64,000 nt of DNA from Bdellovibrionota bacterium. GTDB taxonomy: Bacteria; Bdellovibrionota_C; UBA2361; JBIKUX01. A program made the translations under genes and the position numbers. Location of the stretch: assembly GCA_044347345.1 (NCBI GenBank), contig JBIKUX010000004.1:51110-115109 (forward strand). Reading direction: 5' to 3'. Under the pieces are notes generated by a model. The model was not told the DNA's origin. It saw nothing but the letters and a program-made list of their open reading frames with translations, and searched no databases. Positions 52,906-62,800 of this stretch are shown one piece after another. Numbering within the stretch: position 1 is the first letter of the stretch; each line of letters opens with the position of its first letter.

Positions 52906-53313
52906 TCACTGATTTGTGGTTTGATTAAAAAATTTATTGAGTAATCCTAATAAGTCTTTAAATTCAAATGGCTTAATCAGATAGTCAGCAGGTTCGATAC
53001 CATTTAGATTTGCAATCTTTTTACTATCAAGGGTTGCTGTCATAAGAATAACGGGGATGTCTCTAGCCTTTTCTAATTGTTGTAAATCCCTTATGACATC
53101 AAAGCCTGTGCAGTCAGAAAGAATAAGATCAAGAAATATAATTTGAGGCTTATAATTTTCAACCGCAAAAATGCACTCTTTCCCCTTGGATATACAGATT
53201 AAATCAAAGTGAATTTGTTTAAAGTATTGTTCTAGTAATGTTCGAACGACAGGATCGTCGTCGACCACTAAAGCTAAGGGGCTTGTCGTGCTATGTGATG
53301 AGGAATAATGCAT
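52906..53313 (-). CDS. Single-domain response regulator
   Basis: LVVDDD, IFLDLIL, VILMTA, YLIKPF. Confidence 0.88.
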   Translation of the reverse strand: MHYSSSHSTTSPLALVVDDDPVVRTLLEQYFKQIHFDLICISKGKECIFAVENYKPQIIFLDLILSDCTGFDVIRDLQQLEKARDIPVILMTATLDSKKIANLNGIEPADYLIKPFEFKDLLGLLNKFFNQTTNQ

Positions 53314-53582
53314 CTATAATTACAATCGCGTTGGTAGTTCACTTTATCAGATGATTTACTACAAGACTTTGAATCGTTAAATCCTTAAAAAGCGTCTTGA
53401 CTTTTAATTGTCATCAGACGACCTATTCCTAGCGTGTAAATATAGCGTACACCCTGTCATGTAGAACAAGCATCCTAACTGAGGATTAGCGTTGATGTTG
53501 TTGACAGTGTGCAGATTAAGTAAAAAGTATATATATGTACACGGTTTGTTGGAGTACTAATTTGACTGCGAGGATGAATCAG

Positions 53583-54356
53583 ATGAAAACCATCAAGCCT
53601 TTCTCCATTGCTTCTATTCTTGTAGTAGGGTTGATTGCTAGTCAGGTTAGAATTTTAGAGGCTCAAGACCGTCTTCCAAGAGAAAAAACGCCTTTCTCCT
53701 ATCATAAGTCTCCCGATTACCGGCAATCGGAGTCGCATCCTCTTCGGATCGCTGCTTACTTATTACATCCTGTTGGATGGGTTGTGCGTGAAGTAGTTAC
53801 TAGGCCACTTAGTTATTTTGCCTCGTCTACATCAACAACTCGCAGCATAACAGGGTACCGAGAGCCATTTGATTTTCGGGAGCCAGTGTGTTTTTCGGCA
53901 GAAGATGATGCTCCGGACTGCAGGACTATTTCACCTTTTAACCAATCCAGTTTCGGTAGCAAAAAAACGGCTGAAAATGACGGTTTTGATGAAGACGGCA
54001 TTGGTCGGCGTAAGGTAGCTTTTGACCATGTCAATTTTGATTTTGATAAATCGACCTTAAATGACCGTGGTAAAAAGCAAGTAGCAAAAATTGCTGAAGA
54101 ACTAAAAAGTAAACAGGATGAGGATGGTTCGTTAGCACTAGTGCTCGAAGGTCATACCGACGAGGTTGGAACGGAAGAGTACAACATGGTACTTGGTAAA
54201 AAGCGAGCAGAAACTGTAAAAACAGAACTAGCTCTGCTTGGTATTGATCAATCACGCATGAAAACTGTTTCTTTAGGCGAAACTCAACCATTTGAAACAG
54301 GAAATTCTCCAGAAGCTCATGCAGCTAATAGACGGGTTGAAGTCCACATAGATTAG
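53583..54356 (+). CDS. OmpA/Pal-family peptidoglycan-binding protein with unknown N-domain
   Basis: Signal peptide; VNFDFDKS, EGHTD..G..EYN..LG.KRA, NRRVE. Confidence 0.88.
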   Translation: MKTIKPFSIASILVVGLIASQVRILEAQDRLPREKTPFSYHKSPDYRQSESHPLRIAAYLLHPVGWVVREVVTRPLSYFASSTSTTRSITGYREPFDFREPVCFSAEDDAPDCRTISPFNQSSFGSKKTAENDGFDEDGIGRRKVAFDHVNFDFDKSTLNDRGKKQVAKIAEELKSKQDEDGSLALVLEGHTDEVGTEEYNMVLGKKRAETVKTELALLGIDQSRMKTVSLGETQPFETGNSPEAHAANRRVEVHID

Positions 54357-54497
54357 TTGGTACGCTGACCGGCTTAATCTATAAAATGTCTGTGCTTTAT
54401 TTATTCTCTACGGATAAATTATAGATATGGAATGAAAATGTGTTCTATATCCATACCTATGATGTTTGAGATAAATTTCAAATAGATGGAGTGCTAG

Positions 54498-55493
54498 CTA
54501 GGCAGACTGTTGCTTATCTAAATGAAGAACAACGCCACTAGTTCTCCCGTGTCTATTATCTTTTCTATGATCCTTTCTATTGTCTACTCTATCGTCTTTT
54601 TCAGCCTTGCTCTCTAAAGAATAACCGCTCATCGGTCTATTTGATTCAATGCTTAATTTAGGGTTAAACTCCAACGTAGATTGACTGGTTTTTATGCCAA
54701 AAGCTGCAAGAAATTTTTGAATGTATGATTGCTTTAACTGTGGGGGAGTAAGGAGCTTCCTTATAGAATATGTGTCAGCTAATAGTAAAAGTTGACTTTG
54801 TTCGATTAGTCCCTCAAGCTTTTCCACTCTAGCTCTAAGCCAGCGAATTTGAGACTGTAGTTCTCCAATTTGTTCTTCTCTTGCAGTCAGTAAAGAGTCT
54901 TGTAAGCTTATTACTTTCAGTAAGCTCTCAGCTTGGGTACTTTCAGCAAGTCTCCTGTCAGTATTATTCGTCGCTGTATTATTCGTCGCTGTATTATTCG
55001 TCGCTGTATTATTCGTCGCTGTATTATTCGTCGCTGTATTATTCGTCGCTGTATTATTCGTCGCTGTTGTAGAATAATTTTCGTTTCGGAAAGATTCGAA
55101 AGAGTGATTATGATTATCATCATGGTAATTAAAGAATCCAGGTTCTTGTGTTGTTGGAAAGACTGGCTTTTCTGGAGATTGCTGATAATTGTTTGGCTGG
55201 ATTCCATCATATTCCAGATCGAAAGCTCTAGTGTAATTTGGATTCACCGGCTCTACGGTTTGCTCACTTTCAGGCTCAGGTTCAGTTGAGACTATTATTT
55301 TTTCATTAAGAAGAGGACGGCCAAAAAGAGCACTGACTTGCTCTCTAGCAAAAAATTCTAGTCCATTTTGTTCGTACTCAACTACTAAACAGCCAGCTTC
55401 AACAAATCGCTTAAAAGTACTGATTGATATACCGACAGCTTCAGCTGCATCGGAACTTGATATGAGATTTGCTAGACGATTCTTGATAACCAT
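54498..55493 (-). CDS. N-terminal HTH (MerR/excisionase-like) + coiled-coil protein with TATNN repeats
   Basis: ISSSDAAEAVGISISTFKRFVEAG HTH; LLTAREEQIGELQSQIRWLRARVEKLE coiled coil. Confidence 0.7.
   Translation of the reverse strand: MVIKNRLANLISSSDAAEAVGISISTFKRFVEAGCLVVEYEQNGLEFFAREQVSALFGRPLLNEKIIVSTEPEPESEQTVEPVNPNYTRAFDLEYDGIQPNNYQQSPEKPVFPTTQEPGFFNYHDDNHNHSFESFRNENYSTTATNNTATNNTATNNTATNNTATNNTATNNTATNNTDRRLAESTQAESLLKVISLQDSLLTAREEQIGELQSQIRWLRARVEKLEGLIEQSQLLLLADTYSIRKLLTPPQLKQSYIQKFLAAFGIKTSQSTLEFNPKLSIESNRPMSGYSLESKAEKDDRVDNRKDHRKDNRHGRTSGVVLHLDKQQSA
54961..55065. repeat. Perfect 15-bp VNTR GTATTATTCGTCGCT x7 (in-frame TATNN)
   Basis: Read directly. Confidence 0.97.
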
Positions 55494-55525
55494 ATTGCCT
55501 TTTTGTTTTTTTATATTCTGCAAGG

Positions 55526-56959
55526 TTAAGAAATAATCTCTCTAATCTCCATGATATTGGTTGAGCCTGGAGTATTTACATAGCTACCGCCTACAATCAC
55601 TATTCGAGATCCTATTGGTATTTGCTGTTTTTCGTTAACTGCTTTGATCGCCTTAACAACCTCATTTTCTCGCTCCTCAACGGAACCTATTAAGAGTGGG
55701 CGTACGCCCCAAAAGAGGCACATTCGACGAGCTGCTTGATCGGTTGTTGATACTCCGTAAAGTGATTGCTGAGGTCTATATTTTGCTAACAACCGAGCTG
55801 ATGTTCCTGTGCGTGAACAAGCAATTATAGCGGGAGCATGAAGTTTTACCGCAGCAGCACAAGCTGCATAAGCAACAGCGTCTGGTATTGTTTGACGATC
55901 AGCATCGCGCAGTCTAAGTCGGTATTCCTCAAATTCAAATGATTTTTCGGCTTCTCGAGCGATTAAACTAAGATACTTAACACTTTCAACTGGATGCTCT
56001 CCGATGGCTGTTTCTTCAGAGAGCATAACAGCATCTGCCCCACTCATTACAGCTGTAGCTATATCTGATACTTCAGCTCGAGTAGGGCGAACCGATGTGA
56101 TCATAGAATGTAGCATTTGTGTAGCAACAATCACGGGAATACCTCGAAAGTTACCTCTTTCAATGAGCTCTTTCTGAACAAGAGGTAATCTTTCAAGGGG
56201 TAACTCAAGACCTAAATCACCTCTTGCTACCATTAAGCCATCAGCTGCTTTAACGATTTCATCGATGTGCTCCAGGGCCTGTTTTCTTTCAATTTTAGCA
56301 ATGATTTGAATTGTCGAACCAGCATCAACAATGCGCTCTCGGAGTTCCTCGACATCAGCAGCATTTTTTACAAATGAAATTGCAACATAATCAACTTGAT
56401 TGCGAATGCCCCATTCAAGGTCTCTAAAGTCTTTTTCTGTAGTGGCGGGGAGATTAACAGCGCTGTCAGGAAAGGCGATTCCTACTCGAGAACGAAGTCT
56501 GCCACCTTTTTCGACTATGCAGTGTACTTTACTTCCGTGAATACCACGTACTCTTAGGATTATAATCCCATCTGAAAGGAGAGCTATTTCGCCTGGTTTA
56601 GCTATCTCGGCTGGATCGAGACCCTCCACATATATGTGTGAAGCAGTTGATATGGATTGTCGAGACTTTTCTAAAACAACCTCATCCTCATCTTGAATCG
56701 TAACAAAATCATCCTGAACTACAGAAATACGAATTTTAGGTCCTGATAAATCTTGTAATACAGCGACAAGGGCGTTTTTTTCTTCAGCAGCCGCTCGTAT
56801 TCGGGTTAAAGTCTCTAGATGTTCATCGTGAGAGCCATGAGAGAAATTTAATCGAAATACGTTTGCTCCAGCCTCTATTAATTCTCCTATCCGTTCTTTC
56901 GAACGAGATGCGGGGCCAAGGGTAGCGACAATTTTAGTTTTGCGGTGAGATGGCATCAT
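55526..56959 (-). CDS. pyk: Pyruvate kinase
   Basis: RKTKIVATLGPAS, RLNFSHG, IIAKIE, MVARGDLG, ATQML.SM, DAVMLSEETA. Confidence 0.97.
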   Translation of the reverse strand: MMPSHRKTKIVATLGPASRSKERIGELIEAGANVFRLNFSHGSHDEHLETLTRIRAAAEEKNALVAVLQDLSGPKIRISVVQDDFVTIQDEDEVVLEKSRQSISTASHIYVEGLDPAEIAKPGEIALLSDGIIILRVRGIHGSKVHCIVEKGGRLRSRVGIAFPDSAVNLPATTEKDFRDLEWGIRNQVDYVAISFVKNAADVEELRERIVDAGSTIQIIAKIERKQALEHIDEIVKAADGLMVARGDLGLELPLERLPLVQKELIERGNFRGIPVIVATQMLHSMITSVRPTRAEVSDIATAVMSGADAVMLSEETAIGEHPVESVKYLSLIAREAEKSFEFEEYRLRLRDADRQTIPDAVAYAACAAAVKLHAPAIIACSRTGTSARLLAKYRPQQSLYGVSTTDQAARRMCLFWGVRPLLIGSVEERENEVVKAIKAVNEKQQIPIGSRIVIVGGSYVNTPGSTNIMEIREIIS

Positions 56960-57045
56960 AAGCAGTTAAGCGCTTTACTTGAAAACAGACGTTCAATAAA
57001 TCTTTAGCACTATACTACTTTATTTACGAGATGCACACCGTTTTG

Positions 57046-58236
57046 TCAGCGAATAAAAGTGGCGGTATCAGCAGTTTTTAACGCTCGTAAAATTTGGTCA
57101 TTGCTCGCTGCGTTGTGCTCGAGCAGCATGGAAAGCTCTTGGGCTAAGCTCGTGAGTTGTAAAGCTGGAGCGTCAGTTGAAAAGGTGTAAGGAATGTTAA
57201 AAGCGTCACAAGTATCTAAAATACGCCTGTACTCGGCAAGACTAGATACTGCTCCGGTTAGAAGATTTGATTTAACGCAAAATTCACATGTAATTCCACG
57301 CTCTGCAAGAAGCTTAAGACCTCTGTCATCTCCTTTTCCACTGGTGCTACTCTTTTCGTCATTGGTACTTGTCCCCCAATAGGCTCGAAAAGCAGCTATA
57401 GGGTGGGCTACTCTTTTTGGATTCAGGGACTCTATTGTTCGAATGAATGTTGTTAAGTCTACATGAGTAGTCTCACCGATGTGAGCAGTTCTGCCGAGAT
57501 GTTTTGGAAGTAGGTTGAAGCAGTCACGCATTTGAGCAAGCTTGTCAGCAGAGGAGAGAGGATTGATAGATTCTGCTCCCGCTAGATCAACGCCGATAAT
57601 ATGAGAGCTCCGCTCGGACCATGTAGCAGTTTTTTGGGCAAGAATGTAGTTAGCCTCCGGAGTCATATCTCGCCCAAAACAGAATATAAGACCAATGCGC
57701 ATCTTGCCTCGAAACGCTAGTTGTACTTCTTCAACAGCATCACATGCAGCTTTTATAACTCTGTCTACATCGTATAACCCTGCATGTTTACCTTTTAGAA
57801 ACACTGCACCGGTTCGTTTGAGTGGGTTAAATCGCAATTCTAAGCGCGCAATACGAAATAAAGATTCCGGGGATCCACCCTCACCACCTGGCCCCAAACG
57901 AGCCATGCCACCTGTTCTGTAAGCTCCGTTAATTGCAATGCGTACACACTCGCGCACGGAGAGAGGCCCAGACTGAATAAGCTCTACTTTATCGTAAACT
58001 TCAAGGTATGAGTCTAAATCTTTGATTTCTCCTTCTTCGATACGCAGAAGTTGAACAAACTCCTCGTATCCTTGTCCCATACCGCGAATTCCTCGGTCAA
58101 CGGCTATTTCAAAAAGACGGTAGAGCGGAACAGCACCTCCGAGATGTACGTGAAGTTCTGTTACGGAGGCAGGCCAGACAAAATGAGATTGATTAGCAGT
58201 TTTCATATACAAAGTAGTGTAATGACTACTTTTCAC
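57046..58236 (-). CDS. Adenosine deaminase-like amidohydrolase
   Basis: ELHVHLGG, ELRFNP, GVDLAGAE, TAHIGE, RVAH, C..SN, STDAP. Confidence 0.8.
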   Translation of the reverse strand: MKSSHYTTLYMKTANQSHFVWPASVTELHVHLGGAVPLYRLFEIAVDRGIRGMGQGYEEFVQLLRIEEGEIKDLDSYLEVYDKVELIQSGPLSVRECVRIAINGAYRTGGMARLGPGGEGGSPESLFRIARLELRFNPLKRTGAVFLKGKHAGLYDVDRVIKAACDAVEEVQLAFRGKMRIGLIFCFGRDMTPEANYILAQKTATWSERSSHIIGVDLAGAESINPLSSADKLAQMRDCFNLLPKHLGRTAHIGETTHVDLTTFIRTIESLNPKRVAHPIAAFRAYWGTSTNDEKSSTSGKGDDRGLKLLAERGITCEFCVKSNLLTGAVSSLAEYRRILDTCDAFNIPYTFSTDAPALQLTSLAQELSMLLEHNAASNDQILRALKTADTATFIR

Positions 58237-58442
58237 TCGTGCTACCCTTGATCATATATTTTTTAGTGAGGGGTGATGGAATGTAATGCCCAATTTCGGA
58301 TCGAAAAAAAAGGGTTTAGTGACCTAGTGGTCTATGTCATATTCGGATTAAAGGTTTATCTTGTAGTAAGTAACAAGTTGCGGTACTGATATAAATATTA
58401 GCGACATACCAATCTATGGTAAGCTTACTATTGAGTAGTCGG

Positions 58443-58498
58443 CTGTGTTGTATGACCTGTGTTGTATGACCTGTGTTGTATGACCTGTGTTGTATGAC
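58443..58498. repeat. Perfect 14-bp tandem repeat CTGTGTTGTATGAC x4
   Basis: Read directly; lies in a divergent intergenic region. Confidence 0.95.
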
Positions 58499-58594
58499 CA
58501 GCTTACTATAAAAAGCTTGGCTGGGAAAGTTTTGTTTAATAATCGGTTAACTTAAAGTTAGTCTAAAATTAAGTCAATATTAGTAGTAGAACGG

Positions 58595-59569
58595 ATGAGT
58601 AGCAAACAGGCGCCCGAGTATATTCGAAAAATAGTTAAATTTGGCGAAAAAGAGCTTGAGCTTTTTTCAATTGATGGCTTGACCTGGTCCTCTAGACCCG
58701 AGGAGCTCCATCTTATTCAAGAACGCCGAGAAAACTCACGGGTTAGTTTTGGTGATAAAAGAATTGCTCCTCGACCAGGAGGGGCTAATCGCCTCATACC
58801 AAAAAAAGGTGTTAAAAGTAGTGGTGGTGATAACTCTTACTTAGGAGACGAGGAAGAGGTAGAAAATGAGGCGGGATTAATTATTGGCGATCAAGAGGAA
58901 GAATCTCTCATTATTCCAAAAATTAGGGGGTCTGGGCGTTCTATTTTAGATAAAGAAGACAGTTTTGAGACTGAGGATTTAGATGAGGTCGATACAGATG
59001 ATTCTAACGCTTCAGACGAAGGTGATGATGGTGAGGTATCCGAGGAAGTAGTTTCCGGAAAAGGAAAACGGCATATTAAAGCACCTAAGAGTGGGGTTTC
59101 TAGTAAAACTTTGAAGACACAAAAAAAAATAAAGTTAGATACAAAATTATCTAACCCTGCTTCTTCTGTGCGAGAAAAGAGGAAGGGAGCTGCCCAAAAT
59201 AAGATTAGGGGAAATAGTAATCAGATGGTGGTTTCTCAGCCTCGAGACAACGTAGAGAAGAATGATGCAGGAAAGAGCAAGACTGAGGTTAAGGAAATTT
59301 CAAGTAAAAAAAGTGATAAAAAGGCAAAATCGGTTATAAGTTCGAGTAAAGTATCTGCTAGTGTAATCGAGAAAAAGGTCGATAAAAATAATTCAAACTT
59401 GGTCAAAAGTGAACCTAAAAAAGGTTCCAATAAGGCTTCAAAGCAAACCAAGGTGGTAATATCTCCGTTAAAAAAGAATATTTCTTCTAAAAAGGCTGTA
59501 GCTACAAAAAAAATAACTGAAAAGAAAACAAATCAAACCAAAAAGAAAAAACAAATCAAGCGCAAGTAG
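58595..59569 (+). CDS. Hypothetical protein: small N-domain, acidic middle, Lys-rich histone-H1-like tail
   Basis: 324-aa ORF; D/E-rich tract followed by a K/S-rich C-terminal half. Confidence 0.7.
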   Translation: MSSKQAPEYIRKIVKFGEKELELFSIDGLTWSSRPEELHLIQERRENSRVSFGDKRIAPRPGGANRLIPKKGVKSSGGDNSYLGDEEEVENEAGLIIGDQEEESLIIPKIRGSGRSILDKEDSFETEDLDEVDTDDSNASDEGDDGEVSEEVVSGKGKRHIKAPKSGVSSKTLKTQKKIKLDTKLSNPASSVREKRKGAAQNKIRGNSNQMVVSQPRDNVEKNDAGKSKTEVKEISSKKSDKKAKSVISSSKVSASVIEKKVDKNNSNLVKSEPKKGSNKASKQTKVVISPLKKNISSKKAVATKKITEKKTNQTKKKKQIKRK

Positions 59570-59588
59570 ATCTTTAGGTCAAAGTTTT

Positions 59589-61424
59589 TTATTTTTTTGG
59601 TGGATTAAAGGTACCTTTTTCTAGGGAAACCGTAAGCGGGTCTACGTCTGCATAAAGTTTAACAGGGATAGACAGGTCAATTAGAAATCGGTGGTCTCCT
59701 TTAAGATTCGGTTCGATTAAAATCACGTCATTTGTATCTACTTTATCGGGTAAATCCTTGCTAAAGATTTTAACACTGATTAGATAATCTTTGTTGAGTT
59801 CGTTAAAAATAAGTGAGGCACTATGGTTGCCAGGTACACGAACCCTTGAACCTTTATATTGTATAAAGACTCGACTTATTCCAGATCCTGACAATAAGTT
59901 CTCTTCTGCTCCTTGCTGACTAACAACAAATGCACCCGTTTCTGTTCGATATAGCCAAGGTGGCTGAAACTTTCCATCTACAATCTCTTGTGGGGTTAAT
60001 TCGCGAGGTGGTGGAGTATTAATTGTTATCGCACATTTACCGGCTAACTTAGGAACAACGAGGCATGTGGCTGCGACGGTATAATTTTTATCGGTCTTCG
60101 TTCCGTGAAGAACGCTGGCATCCGATAGTGAAAAGTTATCGGTAACAAGTTTTGTTGTTAGAGTTGAGTCCAAATCAAAATTTGGAATTTCTTCACTCTG
60201 ATTAGTGAAGAAAGTTACCAACGCTACTAAAAAAATAATAGAGAGCATTAATGAAACTGGGACGATTAGCCGACGAATGGGGTCACGGCTTCGTATTTCT
60301 TTAGCAATTGAAACTAAAACAGCGGGCTTTTCTCCAAGTTCGTCAAGAGGTAATATAGAAGGAGCTACTAATGAGTTTTTATAGTTTAAGTCAGCGCTTT
60401 GCGTTTGATAGCTTGTAGAATCTGGTATATTTTGTGATTCTTCATATTCTTCTGTATTCGAGGAAGTAGTTTGAGCAGTTTGGCTGACAATCTCTTTTTT
60501 ATCTAAAGTATCGCTCGATGTTGCATTAGTTACCGTTGCGTTTGGAGAGATATTTTCAGTAGGGGTCAGTGTTTTATCAACTGAGTCAGAGGCGGGGTAA
60601 TTATCCCCATTACCATTTGTGCCTTGAGCATCATCAAGTTTATCAGGGCTCTCACTAACCGATGAAGATATTTGCTTCTCGCTCTTATCATCTTCTATTT
60701 CATACAATGGACGGTCATTATCGCTTGATTTAAGGGGTAATATATTTGTAGCTTCCGTTAAGATAGTAGTGTTTTTTGAATTTATTGTTTGAGAAGTATC
60801 GTAGTCTTCTTCATCAATTAATTTGAGATCTTCCTCTAAGGTCTCTTGGGTAGTATTTGGTGTGGTAGGAGCATCTTCTTTTGGAGGTTGATTAACTAAA
60901 GGAGTGCTTAACTGTTGCAGAAGCTCTTCAACAGCAATATCGGCATCTTCATCATCATAACTTTCTTGAAAATATTGATCTTCATCTTCATATTTTATTG
61001 CATCATCCGGATGGTAGCTTACACTACTATAAGGCTTTTTTGTAGGATTGTTTTCTTCTGGTAGATTAATTAAGTAAGTATTTACCGGCTGATTTTTTTC
61101 TGTATGCGGAGCTACTATAAAGTCATCAAGATCAATTTCTATTGAAGGTGGAACTGTCTGTTCTTGAGGTGAGGTTTTTTTGCTGCGTATGATTGTAACC
61201 TTAGCTCCAGCTGAGTTTAATTTACTTGATATAGCTAGAGCTTCACTTTCATCATCTGTTGTTAAAAGTCTTACTGGAGCTTCTGAGAGGAATTTTTGAA
61301 CTGAGGCAATTTCATACTCGAGTTCTGCAATAAAAACTGCTTTTATTCTTCGTAATGTTTCAGGAAGATTATCTGAGGGTCCTTCAAAGACCAATTCAAA
61401 CTCTGTTCCTTCTTCAACGTTCAT
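59589..61424 (-). CDS. Bitopic membrane protein: L7/L12-CTD-like N-domain, acidic linker, TM, periplasmic domain
   Basis: SEAPVRLL...EALAISSKLNSAGAKVTI; TM LIVPVSLMLSIIFLVALVTFF. Confidence 0.65.
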   Translation of the reverse strand: MNVEEGTEFELVFEGPSDNLPETLRRIKAVFIAELEYEIASVQKFLSEAPVRLLTTDDESEALAISSKLNSAGAKVTIIRSKKTSPQEQTVPPSIEIDLDDFIVAPHTEKNQPVNTYLINLPEENNPTKKPYSSVSYHPDDAIKYEDEDQYFQESYDDEDADIAVEELLQQLSTPLVNQPPKEDAPTTPNTTQETLEEDLKLIDEEDYDTSQTINSKNTTILTEATNILPLKSSDNDRPLYEIEDDKSEKQISSSVSESPDKLDDAQGTNGNGDNYPASDSVDKTLTPTENISPNATVTNATSSDTLDKKEIVSQTAQTTSSNTEEYEESQNIPDSTSYQTQSADLNYKNSLVAPSILPLDELGEKPAVLVSIAKEIRSRDPIRRLIVPVSLMLSIIFLVALVTFFTNQSEEIPNFDLDSTLTTKLVTDNFSLSDASVLHGTKTDKNYTVAATCLVVPKLAGKCAITINTPPPRELTPQEIVDGKFQPPWLYRTETGAFVVSQQGAEENLLSGSGISRVFIQYKGSRVRVPGNHSASLIFNELNKDYLISVKIFSKDLPDKVDTNDVILIEPNLKGDHRFLIDLSIPVKLYADVDPLTVSLEKGTFNPPKK

Positions 61425-61509
61425 AAAATACTTTATATGCTTCCTAGCAGATACGATGCATTTTGTTGGTTAAAGGAAACTTTCTCGGCTTCATGACGAC
61501 CATATTCTC

Positions 61510-62661
61510 ATGAGTGTATTATCGGAAGAACAATATCTTGTTTCATCTTTAGTTTATTTAACGCGGCTTTCAGCCTCCGTTCAATCGGGTTGGCGTACTG
61601 AATTGGCTAGAGCAGGTGATAAAGCGAGATGTGTATTATTAAACTATTTCAGAAGTTTACCGTGCAATAATTACGGGCAATCTAAAAATAAAATAGAGCA
61701 AGAGCTAGATTTAAGTCGTTGGTTATTTTTAGAGAGTCAACCTGTTGATATTAACGATTCTAATTTGGAGGTCGTAGTACCTTTTTGGTCGGCATTCTAT
61801 CCACCTCGTCTTCGTAATTTAGTTGATTTTCCGTTTTATTTGACAGTTCGGGGTTGTATCTCAGCGTTGCATACAAGGGCGCCGGTTATTGCCATCGTCG
61901 GTACTCGAAGACCGTCCACTGAAGCTAAAACGCTTGCTAATATTGTGGCTAGAGATTTATCGCGTCTTGGAGCAATCATTGTCAGTGGTTTGGCTCTTGG
62001 TATTGATGGTATAGCGCATGAAGCAGTCGTGGGCGCAGAGGGGCGTGGGTTAGCTGTTCTTGGTGGAGGACTTGATTGTATTTATCCAGCACAACATGGT
62101 TGGTTGGCTAAGGCAGTGTGTAGTAATAAAGGCGTTATAATTTCGGAATATCTCCCGCAGGTTTCACCTCGAGCTCATCAGTTTCTTGAGCGTAATAGAT
62201 TAATATCGGGCTTAGCGGATCTCGTGGTGGTTGTTGAGGCGCCTGACCGTAGTGGGTCTTTAAATACTGCTAGATGGGCTATTAATCAGGGTAAGGAGGT
62301 AGCCGCTTTTCCTGACACTCCGTTAAAGAGGAATGCAGCAGGGACTTTGTCCCTACTGTGTGAGGGGGCACACCTTGTGCGTAATGCTGAGGATATTTGG
62401 GGATTACTTCCTGCTTGGATTTTTAGTGATGAACATCCTCTTAAGAGCGGTAAAAAGGGTATAGAGATTCCCTCTGCCTTGAGTGTACAAGCAAATTTTC
62501 TTGCCGAAGTTTTGGAGAGAGAAGGAAAATTAACACTTGATGATGCATTAGATATTTTGGAGTTTACTCGTAAAGAGCTCCTTGGCGCGGTGAGGGAGTT
62601 AGATGAACGGGGACTTGCTACTCTTGATGAAAGTGGCCAGATACTTTGGCTCGCTATATAG
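61510..62661 (+). CDS. dprA: DNA-processing protein DprA
   Basis: IAIVGTR, IVSGLALGIDGIAH, F.ERNRLISGL, VVEA..RSGSL.TA. Confidence 0.93.
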   Translation: MSVLSEEQYLVSSLVYLTRLSASVQSGWRTELARAGDKARCVLLNYFRSLPCNNYGQSKNKIEQELDLSRWLFLESQPVDINDSNLEVVVPFWSAFYPPRLRNLVDFPFYLTVRGCISALHTRAPVIAIVGTRRPSTEAKTLANIVARDLSRLGAIIVSGLALGIDGIAHEAVVGAEGRGLAVLGGGLDCIYPAQHGWLAKAVCSNKGVIISEYLPQVSPRAHQFLERNRLISGLADLVVVVEAPDRSGSLNTARWAINQGKEVAAFPDTPLKRNAAGTLSLLCEGAHLVRNAEDIWGLLPAWIFSDEHPLKSGKKGIEIPSALSVQANFLAEVLEREGKLTLDDALDILEFTRKELLGAVRELDERGLATLDESGQILWLAI

Positions 62662-62800
62662 CTTGTTGGCATCTTAAAATTAGGTAACGACAAAATTTGG
62701 GTCAAAGTTATTTTTTTGATAAAGGCTTGTTTCAAAAATTAGGTTGAGTTGGCTCAGGTAAGAGTTGTGGGTCAAGTATTTTAGGTACAGAGTTTCTGTA

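Noticed and set aside
54881-55289. ORFs with IIRRC, YYSSL or IIQRR repeats
   Set aside because: Alternative-frame shadows of the 15-bp VNTR inside the real minus-strand gene
58443-58498. Repeats as a CRISPR array (also 54961-55065 and 13524-13561)
   Set aside because: Head-to-tail units of 14-15 bp with no spacers and no cas genes
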